DNA of 63,994 bases, the filler included, from Fonticula-like sp. SCN 57-25 (Eukaryota): assembly GCA_001724245.1 (NCBI GenBank). It is 8 parts of 8 records of this genome, joined end to end, with 100 filler letters (N's around TTAATTAATTAA, not from the genome) between each part and the next. Parts side by side here need not be neighbours in the genome. Positions count along the whole stretch, not along the records: positions 23,876 to 31,704 come from MEDX01000329.1; positions 31,805 to 39,609 come from MEDX01000330.1; 6 more parts are not named here. The stretch is one strand, 5' to 3'. The notes beneath the pieces are model-generated. The model was not told the origin of the DNA, did not search any database, and saw nothing but the letters and a program-made list of their open reading frames with translations. This document shows, one piece after another, positions 24,895 through 35,037 of the stretch (within the stretch, counting starts at the first letter, position 1; every line of letters starts with the position of its first letter). Made by a program: the position numbers and the translations under genes.

Positions 24895-25955
24895 ATGGCG
24901 GAGGGCAGCGGAAGCCCATCGCTCCTAGTGAGCCTCGCCGTACGCCCCCCATGCCGTAGAGGGAATGTGCGCCACCTTGCTCATGCTGTGTTTGTAGGCT
25001 GGCGGTGTTGCTGGTCTCGCCGTTGATACGGTCCTCTTCCCGCTCGACACGCTCAAGACGCGACTCCAGGCGTCGGCCGGCTTTGTGCAGTCGGGCGGGT
25101 TCTCGGGAGTCTACAAGGGACTCGGCTGGGCGGCTGCGGGCTCGGTGCCGACCGGTACGTTTGTATAAGCGTGTGCGTTGGCCGAGGCTGACGCGTGGGG
25201 TCGTCTAGCATCGCTCTTTTTCGTGACGTACAATGCGACCAAGAAGGCGCTGATCGAGCGCACAGAGGGGATGGACCAATGGTGGATCTCCCCTGCCACG
25301 CATATGGTTGCCGCGTCGTGTGGAGAGACGGTACGCCCGCTTTGATGCCGGTGAGTGTGTCTGACGCGCGGGCTAGGCGGCGTGCTTGATCCGCGCGCCC
25401 ATCGAAGTGATGAAGCAGCACGCCCAGGTGGGCCAATCTGCTGCGGGCCTCGTGGCTCGCGAGGGCCTTCCGGCGCTCTACCGCGGCTTCTTCGTCATGA
25501 TCATTCGAGAGATTCCTTTTGCATGTGTACAATTCCCCCTCTACGAGCGGTTCAAGGTGCGCTCCTATTTGGTCTATTGACAGCGTTGGCCTTTGTGAAC
25601 TGACCCCTGCGACAGAGCCGGCTCAACAGGGATGCGCCCGCCCCGAGCTGGCAGCTGGGGCTCGCCGGCTGCCTTGCCGGCGGCATTGCAGCTGCCATCA
25701 CTACGCCGCTGGATGTCGTAAAAACCCGCATGATCCTCGCCGTGGTACGCAGCGGCGCGGAATCAACGTCAGTGCTAACGATACCCATAGTCGTCGACAG
25801 GGAGGCGGCCGGGCATCTTGGAAACCTTTAGAAATGTGTATAGGGAGAGTCCTCGGAAGCTCTTTGCTGGCATCCAGCCGCGCGTGATGTGGATCAGCAT
25901 TGGCGGTGCCATCTTTTTGGGCGCCTACGAAAAGACTGTGCGCGTGCTTTCATAG
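24895..25955 (+). CDS. SLC25A26: Mitochondrial S-adenosylmethionine carrier (SLC25A26/PET8-like), multi-exon
   Basis: [79 protein letters not shown]. Confidence 0.9.
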
Positions 25956-26156
25956 ACGCGCCAGGCGCGATATTCAGTGACGGTGGTGGCCAGAATGAAT
26001 CCAGTTTTGTAGTATATCGAATGTGAATATTGATGGATGGAAAGGCTCTCTCGACAGTTGCAGAAAGGCCCAGATGGAAATAAAGGAGATAGTCAAATTG
26101 AAAGCACAATAGAAACAAGAATTTGGCACGAAAATTATTTTGTTTTCAAATTCGGC

Positions 26157-26925
26157 TTAACCCTTGATGATGGTACGAACAAAGTCTAACCGAAAGAGTG
26201 AGTCAACGCAAGCGGAAAGGGAACAAGCCGTACCCTGGTAGTTGACCGAGCCGTCCTTGCTGATCTCGACCGTGCGGAGGAGCTCATCGACCTCGCGATC
26301 GGTAAGCTTCTCGCCGAGGCTCGTGAGCACTAGAAAATTCGCATAAGTAAAGAGAAGGTAACAAAAAAGGGTTGCGCGCACCATAGCGGAGCTCGCCGGC
26401 AGAGATCTGGCCGTTGCCATCGCGGTCAAAGACCGAGAAGCCCTGAACAAACTCCTCCTCAGTGCCGTGGGCCTTGAAGCCGTCGGGGCGGTTCTGGATC
26501 TTCTTGTACTCCTCGTAGCTGATGCGCTTGTTGCCTACACAACGCAAGTACGTAAGCAATTGGCCGCAGACGACAGGTCATCGCGACTGCAAGTTCGTAC
26601 CAGCGGGGTCAATCTTGTTGACAATCTCGTCAAGCTCGCGCTTGAGAGGGTTCTGGCCGATAGCACGGAGCAGCTCAGGGATATCCTTGGCCGCGATGGT
26701 GCCATCGCCGAGCTTGTCGTAAAGGTTGAAAGCCTCCCGGGTCTCTGTTAAGGAGGCGGCATGGGTTAGCCACAGCAAAAACAAAAGCCAGCAAGAGGGC
26801 AAAACGCACCCTCCTCAGAAAGCTGCGACTAAAAACGTTCCAAAAGGAAAAAAAGGGCAAAGCGTTAGTCACGGACGTAGAGACAGTAGGGCAGAAAGGC
26901 GCGCAGCCGCGGGAAAGCGTACCAT
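26157..26925 (-). CDS. Myosin essential light chain (Cdc4/Mlc1-like EF-hand protein), multi-exon
   Basis: [22 protein letters not shown]...LLRAIGQNP...[41 protein letters not shown]. The first coding exon is only ATG, followed by a 19-nt microexon. Confidence 0.88.
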
Positions 26926-27045
26926 TGTTGTTGGTGGTGGTGGGTTCTACCTGCGAGATGAAAGGGGAACGCGTTCCTTTCAAAGTTTGAAGAGGGGAAA
27001 AAAGTCGTCCCAAAAGAGAAAAAATGAATATTCGTCGAATATTGA

Positions 27046-27080
27046 CCAATCACACATCTTCTTTCTCTTTTCTGGCCAAT
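27046..27080. promoter_or_regulatory. Paired CCAAT boxes in the bidirectional MLC/MPE1 promoter
   Basis: CCAATCA at 27046 and 27076 within a 266-nt head-to-head spacer. CCAAT/ATTGG also occur upstream of other genes (e.g. 22945, 22965, 30690, 37171, 39295). Confidence 0.5.
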
Positions 27081-27191
27081 CAAAACCACTTTCGTCGCAT
27101 TACTGAGATGCATACCACACTCATCACCACAATCCGGATCGACCGATCGCGATTCAAGCAACCTCGTCTCCCGCCTACAGCGTAACGTCCC

Positions 27192-29213
27192 ATGGCGGCG
27201 ATCCACTATCGGTTCAAGAATGTGCCGGGCGAGCATCGCATCAATTTTGACGGCGCAGGCCTCGCCGTGAGTGAAATTAAGCGCCAAATTGTACAGCAAG
27301 GCAAGGTTGGAAAGGGGCCGGACTTTGATCTTCTAATCAAGAACGTCCAGACAAACGAAGGTGCATGCTCGTTGCCTCGCTGTCAGCATGCCGCAGAAAT
27401 GGGATCTTTTCGTTGTATAACTCGATTTGCTGTGCATAATGAAGGTCGTTTGTCATTTGCCTTTTTGTCCTGTTTTATCCCCTGTTATCCTCTCACTTTC
27501 ACCGTCACCGAGTAATTGACGCCGCTCGACGTCGTTAGAGTACAAAGATGAGTCAGCTATTGTGCCGCGTGGAACGTCGGTACTGGTGCTGCGCGTCCCT
27601 GCCACCACGCCGGGCGGCTTGCTTCAAGTAGTTAATAACATGCACGTCACTTTTATTGGGTGAAGAATCGTTGCACAGAACAGCGTTGCTAACCTCTTTG
27701 TGCTACTGCAGGGCCGGCGTCAGCAATGCGCCAGCGGCCGTCATGGCGCGACCGGTGCGCAGCCGCGTTACGAAGGAGGACCACTGTGTTAACCGATGCT
27801 GATTAATAGGGAGAAACCGAGGCACAGCGCCTTGCGGCCATGCACGAAGCACAAGCGGCCATTGAGTACGCTACCCGCCGCCCGTTCACTTTTGCTAATG
27901 TCTGCGCAGCCCCCGCACCAAGCGGCCGCGCGGCGTGGCCCCCCCGCACCATGTGTGTCGGCGCTGCAGCAACAAGGGTCACTACGAGTACAACTGCCCC
28001 ACGCAGGGCGACCCTGCCTACGACGTGCAGCGCGTTGTCAAGATGACGGGCATCCCGCGCACGTTCCTTCAGAACGTCGAGAGCAGCGCCGGCGCGGGTG
28101 TCTGGACCGACGGCAGCTATGTAAAGGCTGTGCCGCAGTCGTACGTTGCGAATATGCGCTTGTTGTTGTATGGCTAACGAATCAAATAGACACGAATGGG
28201 ACCGGCACACGTCCTCGCGCATGGCGAGCAACGCCGTCGCTCAGCTCGATGAAATGAAGCCTCCAAAGGACCTAGAGTGTTCTATTTGTACAAAGTTGTT
28301 GTCGAACGCAACATTGACTCCCTGTTGTGGAAACAGCTTCTGCGATAAATGTACTTTACACTTGCATACTCTTTCTTGCTATTGGACAATGAACATACCA
28401 ACGGTTATGCTGGACAGTGTGCTCACTCTCATATACTTTTCCGCCTCCCCCTCTGCTCTGACGCTTTTTGTTGCTAATCCCATGTGCTCCTAAAGGCATC
28501 CGAGATTACTTGGTAGACAATGACCTATCATGCTTTGCGTGCAAAACACGCCCGGTGCTGCTTGACCGGCTCGTCCCAAACGACGCAAAGCGCAAGAGCG
28601 TCGAACTGTACCGCCAACAGTTTTTGACAAAGCAGATGCAGGCAGTTGCGCGCTCCGCGCCGCCAACGTGCGCCACGTGTGCTACCCTATTGATTGCTAA
28701 TGAGATAATGCAGAGCTCCGCCGAACAACACGCCCGCACCGACCACGAGTGCACCTATTTGTATGCTCAATAACTCATTTTGTATTCCCCCGCTAACGAT
28801 AGAACTCAGCTCGCCCGCCAACAACCTCTGCCCCCGCCCCCATTCAAACGTATCAGAGTCACGCAACGGACACGCGCTCTGCGTCCTCATCGTACAATGA
28901 ACCAAAAACGCTGAAATCCATCGGCGTGCTGCAGGCGGACCAGCGCGCCGCTGCCCGGGGAGCGCCCATGATGGCTGTACCCCCGCCGCAGCCCGTGTAC
29001 CCGCCTTACTACTACCCAAACAGCGTGCCGGCCGCGCCCTATGGAGGGTACGGCCCGCCGCTCTCGGTGCCCTATGTCGCGGGGCCCGTACCGTACAACG
29101 GGACGGCACCGCAGCCGGGGCCCGGGGCGCCGCCGCGCGCCCCGAGGCGGCCTTACGAGGACCAGCAAGAGCCCTCTTCGCCCAAGCGCCAGCGCGGTGC
29201 TGACTCCTCTTAA
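27192..29213 (+). CDS. MPE1: MPE1/RBBP6-like cleavage-polyadenylation factor (DWNN, zinc knuckle, RING), multi-exon
   Basis: MAAIHYRFK...FDLLIKNVQTNE|EYKDESAIVPRGTSVLVLRVP; zinc knuckle CRRCSNKGHYEYNCPT; RING LECSICTKLL...TPCCGNSFCDK|CIRDYL...CFAC. Confidence 0.92.
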
Positions 29214-29457
29214 AATTTATAGCAAAATAAGTAATGTTGAGATTGTAATGCAAAAATTATTAACTAATAAATTATCGCTGCAATGATGTGTGCTCTTTGC
29301 GGTGCCCGCGAATTCAATTGCTATCTGTATTGATCAAGCGACTTTGTACGAACACAAACAGGATCAGATTGGGGTGTTTTGCCGAATGAGAGCGTGTGAG
29401 GCCCCCTCAAGGCGATGATACGAAACAATAATGAGAAAGAGGCAGAAAGAGAAGGGT

Positions 29458-30523
29458 TTAGAACCGGCGGATGGTGCCGGCCTTAACTCCGCCCTTCTTC
29501 TCGACGAGGTCCGGCTTGGCGCGATTGAGCACCTTGAGGAACTGGACGACGCGGGCGCGCATGCGCGAGTGCATGTAGGCCTTGGAGCACTTGATGTGGT
29601 AGTGCAGGTAGTCGCGGAAGGTGGGTACGAGGCTGATGGTGTTCTCGCGATTGTTCTTGTCAAAGTGGCGGGGGAAGAGCACAAAGGTGACAAAGCCAAA
29701 GGCGTCGTACGCCTGCTTGTTGCGGATGGCGTTGGTCAGCTCGCGGACCTCCTTGACGTCCTTGAGCTCGACCGGCGGCTCCTTCTGGTCGTTGTAAAAG
29801 ATCACCTGCGGGGCATTCTGGAGGGCCGGCTGGCGGCGCGCATCGGCAAACTCCTGCAAGAAGACCTCGCTAAAGATCACGTCAACGGGATCCTTAAAGA
29901 TGGTCTTAAAAATGACAGTCACGCGGTCCGTCTGAGCCTGCACCCAGAGCGCCTCGCCGGGGCGATACGAGATCTGCATGAGCTCAGTGCCCTTGCCGCT
30001 GGCCTGCGCGTCAAAGGCCTTGTGGAACGGAGCAGCGAGAGCATTCCGCTTCAAAAGCGCAAACTGCTGCACGGCGGCCGTGCGCGCCTTCTCCTCAGAG
30101 GGGAGCGCCGCCAAATCGAGCTTGATGGTAAAGTCGTAGCCCGGCTCCGGGGCGACAACCTGCGAGCCATAAATCTTGTTCAGCACCTCCTCAGCGCCGT
30201 ACGACTTGAGCTCGTTGAAGCACGACCACGAGATGGAAAGGTTCAGCACCTTGTCGGCATCCTTCGTCGACCACAGGTGATACATCACGGCATCAAATTC
30301 GCCAAACTTGAGATCAACGGCACCAGCATCCTCACCAGTCTCGATGCTGAACACGGGCAAAAGGGGTTGGAGGAAAGAGGCAAGAAAGAAGCGTCATGTT
30401 AGCCGACAAAAAGGAAACAAAAGGCGAAACAAGCGCCAAATAAAAGAAAGAGAAAACGCACATGGAAAGCTTGTCCTTTACAGTCTCCAACACGATCTGG
30501 TTGGCGTACTCCAGAAGAATCAT
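29458..30523 (-). CDS. ARPC2: Arp2/3 complex 34-kDa subunit
   Basis: MILLEYANQIV..., EFDAVMYHL, FLQEFADARR, LQNAPQV, FVLFPRH, FRDYLHYHIKCSKAYMHSRMRARV; one intron near 30357-30462. Confidence 0.97.
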
Positions 30524-30739
30524 TTTCGGCCGCGCTCTATCGGTTCACGAACAAGCGCCCTCTAAATAACAAAGGGGAGAGGAAAGAGGAAAAACAAAAC
30601 GTCGAACATCCCGAGGGGGCGCGAAATGTTCCCCTCGGACAATCGAGAAACCAATGGGGGGATACCCATTTCTCCACCTAGTAATACGACCAATCAGAAT
30701 TTACCTTAAAATGGATCCGAAATCACGTGACAAATTGCG

Positions 30740-31704
30740 ATGGAGGGTGACCGATCGAGGCCGCGCGGCCTGAAGCGCACCGCGGCTGCGGCTGCCGAGG
30801 CCCAGCAGAAGAAGGCGCGCGATCAGGAGGAGGAGGTGGTGAATGCGGAGGAGGAGGAGGAGGAGGCCATCCAGTTTGAGCTTCCTGAGGGAGAAGAGCT
30901 TGATTCCTATGAGCAGTGCGAGGCGATCCTTCAGGGCGCCCTCGAGCATCTCGGTACGCACTCGGCCGAAATCCGCACTTTAGCTCATCCGCGACTCAGC
31001 CGAAGGAAACGAGGCTCATGGCCGCGCGCTGCTTCAGGGCGCTATTCACGAGTGTGACGGTCTGGTCGCATCGGAGCCGGAGGTGGCGGCCACTCGCCCG
31101 TTCATCTACCGGTTCGGCCCTTGTCCGCATACCACCTAAACTAACGCGTATCATAGTGTGTTTGGCGATGCCTTGAGAGAGCTCGGACTCTTGCTTCGCA
31201 ACGCCGAGATGGTTGAGGCGGCCGACCGGCGGTACGTGACGGCGCTCGAGCTCGCGCCGCAGGACGTCCGCGCCGCCGTCATGCGCTCCAGGGTCCACGT
31301 GGACTCTAGCGTGATCGCTGGCGCCGTCTCCAAGGATGCCGCCGATCTCTTCAAGCAGAGGCTTCAGAGCGCGATTTCTATTGTTCCCAAGGATGGCGAG
31401 GAGCGTGCTAACGCTTTTGCGCTCATCGATGCGCTTGGCCACGAGATCCTGGTATGTTGACTACCCTTGTATCTCTGTCGGCTAATCCGCGTGTAAAGGC
31501 CGCCGCCGATGCAGAGGATGCCCCCGTGGAGGCGCTGGTGGACCTTGCTCGCCATGTGTTTGTTGAGCTGGAGGCCGCCGATGCCAGTTTTGCGCCGGCG
31601 CTCGCTGGGCAGGGCGCTTGCGAGCGCACGCTCGCCGTGGCGGAATCGGAAAAGACCGACGCGGCCCGCGGCACCGCTGCGCTTCGCAAGGCGATTGGAA
31701 TGAC
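30740..31704 (+). CDS. ETT1: ETT1/Nro1-like TPR protein, 5' part
   Basis: N-terminal RPRGLKR, an acidic stretch, then spliced LLQGAIHECDGLV and YRVFGDALRELG, resembling the Ett1/Nro1 N-terminus. Confidence 0.6.
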
Positions 31705-31804
31705 NNNNNNNNNNNNNNNNNNNNNNNNNNNNNNNNNNNNNNNNNNNNTTAATTAATTAANNNNNNNNNNNNNNNNNNNNNNNNNNNNNNNNNNNNNNNN
31801 NNNN
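31705..31804. other. Artificial contig spacer
   Basis: N44-TTAATTAATTAA-N44. Confidence 0.98.
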
Positions 31805-32059
31805 ACTGTGTGTAATATGAATGTAGCTCCTCCAAATTGTAGCCGCCCTACTGAACGAGAGCGGCCATACTCAACGGGGTGCGGGTGCTCTTGCACGCCT
31901 TTGTAAGGGGACAGCGATAGGCCGGACCCTGTCGCAAGGCGTGCGTCAAACCCGGCTTCATGGACAGTTCGGGTGGGGATTTTAAAGTGGGACAGGGGCA
32001 ACGCGGAATTCACGGACATCATCAGCATTTATACACGAGCAACCACCCTCAGTACACAT

Positions 32060-33190
32060 TTAGTTCATGGAACGGATGAGGTCGTTGATCTTATCCTCAC
32101 GGTTACCATAGTCACCACCCTCGATGAAGTGGATGGCCTTCTTGCGGAGACCGCCAGTGGGGCTGCTGAGCTTGAAGGGCCAGAGGAAGTTGTTGACCTG
32201 CTTGAAGTGGGGGCCAACGGTGTAGATCTCGTGAACGATATCCTCAATGCAGATGATGCCAAACTTGCCGAGGTTGTCCTCGATAACCTTGTTGTCGACG
32301 ATCGGGATGCGCTGGCGGTCGACCTTGGCGTGACCACGCTTGTAGACAAGCTCCTTCACGCTCTTAAGGTTGGGGTAACCGTAGGCGAGGTAGGGCTCGG
32401 CGCGGCGGATCATGTTGATCGTGGCCTTGTTCAGCTGGACAAAGGTGCCCGAGTTGATGCGGAGGAGGCGGAGGAGCTCAAGGATCTTGCGGACCTTGGG
32501 GCTGGTGCCGTTGATACTGGAATGCATCATCAGCATCGCGCATGTAAATCGCTAGAGATTCGTACCCGCGGATGCGGACAACAAAGGCGAGCTTGTTCTC
32601 AGCCGGGGCGAAGAAACCACCAACAGACTTGGCCTGGCGGCGGAGACGGATCTCCTCGCTCTCGCGCTGCTTGTACTCCTTCACGTACGCCTCAGCGCGC
32701 TTGAAGATCACCTTGCGGGTGGCCTTGCGCTTCTGCAATGCATGCCCATCAAAGATCAGTAAACCGGTCCTGTGAAGAGAAAGAAGGAAAGAGTAATTCT
32801 AAAACGCACCTGAGCGGCGGCGGTCTTCTCGACGGCCGACTTGGCACGGAGGGCCTCCACGGCCTTCCGCTTCTTAAGCACGGACTCCGGAACGGAAACC
32901 TTACTGCCAAAGCAAACAGTCTGGGTAAGCATAACGAAACCACGGATGCCAGGAGTAGTAAGGACAAGGATGCGAGCGGGAGCAAGCGCGGATGCCGCGC
33001 GCCCATCGGATGCATCGTTCGGATGGTGCTACAGCGATGGATGCTCACCCATCCGCCGGCCATCCACCACCGCTGCATCCGACGTGGGCGGCGAATCCGA
33101 GCCGCATCAACGGCACCGCATCGACTTTAAAAGGATCCCCGCACAAACCCACCCCACGCGCAGGATGCGCTCGACGTACGCCTCAGGCAT
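32060..33190 (-). CDS. RPL7: 60S ribosomal protein L7 (uL30), 4 exons
   Basis: [17 protein letters not shown]...|[20 protein letters not shown]...[24 protein letters not shown]...[15 protein letters not shown]...[15 protein letters not shown]. Confidence 0.97.
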
Positions 33191-33348
33191 CTTGGATGTC
33201 TGTCGCGCAGGTAACTACAACGACGGTGAGGAAGAGGATGAGCACAAGCTGCACGCGCTGCCAAAAGTGCCTGAAACGATCGCGATCGAATCCACATAAT
33301 TGCCACATTGTTGTCACAACCAAAATATCACGTGATCTCCGCTTTGAC

Positions 33349-34820
33349 ATGTCGGCGATGGACGGCCAAGTCCGACTGGATTGGGCGTCGCTGTCCGAGG
33401 CCGCCGTCATATGCGCGGGCGCGCTCATTCTGTTTGTCGCCCCGCCAGAGGCGCTCAGGCGCATGGGCTTTACCGTCCAAAACCTGGCCGCGGCGCGCCT
33501 CGGTTCCAAGCGTCGCGAGTTTGTTCAGTATGAGATGCGGTACGTACATCGAGGGGTGATCCTGTGTTTCTGATGGACGTGTAGGCGCACAGCTCTGACC
33601 GCCATCACCCATGCGCTTCTTCTCTCGCTTTCCTGCGTCTGGGTCCTCCTTTCCGCTGGCGCATCCCTGAGCGATGTCGCCGGCAGCATGCTCCTCTTTG
33701 GGCATCCCATGTCGCTCGAAGTGATCGTCGAGTGCGTCCTTGGCTGGGCCATCGTCTCGTGCCTAGCCGCATCGGCGTACCTCTACTACATTCACTGCAA
33801 CCCCTCTCTCCACTGGATTGCCCGCGAGCTGCGCCTCTACGACCGCGACTGGGAATCTGTCGCGACGCGCATCAACATCCAGGTCGAGCAGTCATTGCCT
33901 CTCGAAGACGGTGCGTAGTTTTGGGTCATTTTGGGTCATTTTTAGGTCATTTTTAGTCATTTTTCTGCCTCTTTTACTGCCTTTTTTTGTCCTTTTCCGC
34001 CTTTCTAACCCCACTCCTTTCCAGGAACCGACGGTTTTGGCGTGTACGTCACCGACAGCTGGGTCCTCTGCTCGCGCGTCTACCGCCTCCTCATGTCGCG
34101 CCAGTCCGACATTGACGTCTCTGTCGTATCCAGCCTCGAAGTCGCCGACCCCGCCGTCGGCCCCGCCGCGCCCCCTCTTCAAGTCCTCTCTGTGCGCGTG
34201 TCGTCCGTCCGCCCCGGCGCCGCCCCCTTTGTCATTAAAATGTACGCGAGCGAGCTCGAGCAGCTCCGCAGCAAGATCACGAGCGGTGTTCGCGTCGCGC
34301 CGACCGTCAGCGTCGTACCAACTGCTCACCAGCTCTTTGTCGAGGAACTCGCCCACGTGGTACGCATTTTAAATATGCCTGCTTTTTAATAACTTTTGAT
34401 TGGCTCAGGCGACCGAGAATACATTGCGGCTTATGGCAATGCCGGCAGAGGCGCGGCCGAGAATGCAGGCGAGTCCAGGTGACACGTGCGTAGGGTGCAT
34501 GTCGGCGCCGGCCACAATGTGCATTAGAAGGACGTGCCACGTGGTCCCAGGCAATTCTACTTTGTGTGGCACGTGCACTTGCCGCCCTTTTTGGTGCCTT
34601 CCATGGTACGCACCAATCAGAAACTTTTGAGGCGTATGAAGCTAATGGGAATAGTATGGCGAGGTATTTTGCGTCGCAGCAGTCACATGGACAGGCCACG
34701 TGGCGCAGTACGGTTGCGACGTGCCCGTCGTGTCACGTGGTTTTTTGCGCCAATGATATTGTGAATGCGACGCTCAGTGCTGGGAGCCTCGCTGGCGCAC
34801 AAGACAACAAGGAAGCATAA
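33349..34820 (+). CDS. TMEM129: ER E3 ubiquitin ligase TMEM129, multi-exon
   Basis: FVAPPEALRRMGFTVQNL...LGS...FVQYEMR|RTALT; VYVTDSWV; C4C4-type RING CVGCM...CGTCTCRPFWCLP...ARYFASQQ...CPSCHVVFCANDI. Confidence 0.88.
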
Positions 34821-35037
34821 TGTATAATTATTGAGTTTTTTTCTCGTATTATTGAACCTTTTTGTGTACTTTTTGCATATCCATTCATATTACTTTTTGA
34901 TTTGGACTACACTTGAATATATCCCCAATACCACTGAAACCATCATTAATCCTCATTTTGATATGAACATACATGTATTCGTCCGCTCGTACACGCCCTT
35001 ATCATACACAACTGCCTCTAAAAATACACTTTCCTCT

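Noticed and set aside
29431-32704. Plus-strand ORFs opposite ARPC2 (323 aa) and RPL7 (243 aa)
   Set aside because: Antisense mirrors caused by strong codon bias in highly expressed genes.
32518-32809. Intronic C/D snoRNA in RPL7 introns 2-3
   Set aside because: These introns are about 50-80 nt and lack a properly spaced C box and D box; the TGATGA seen overlaps the branch region.
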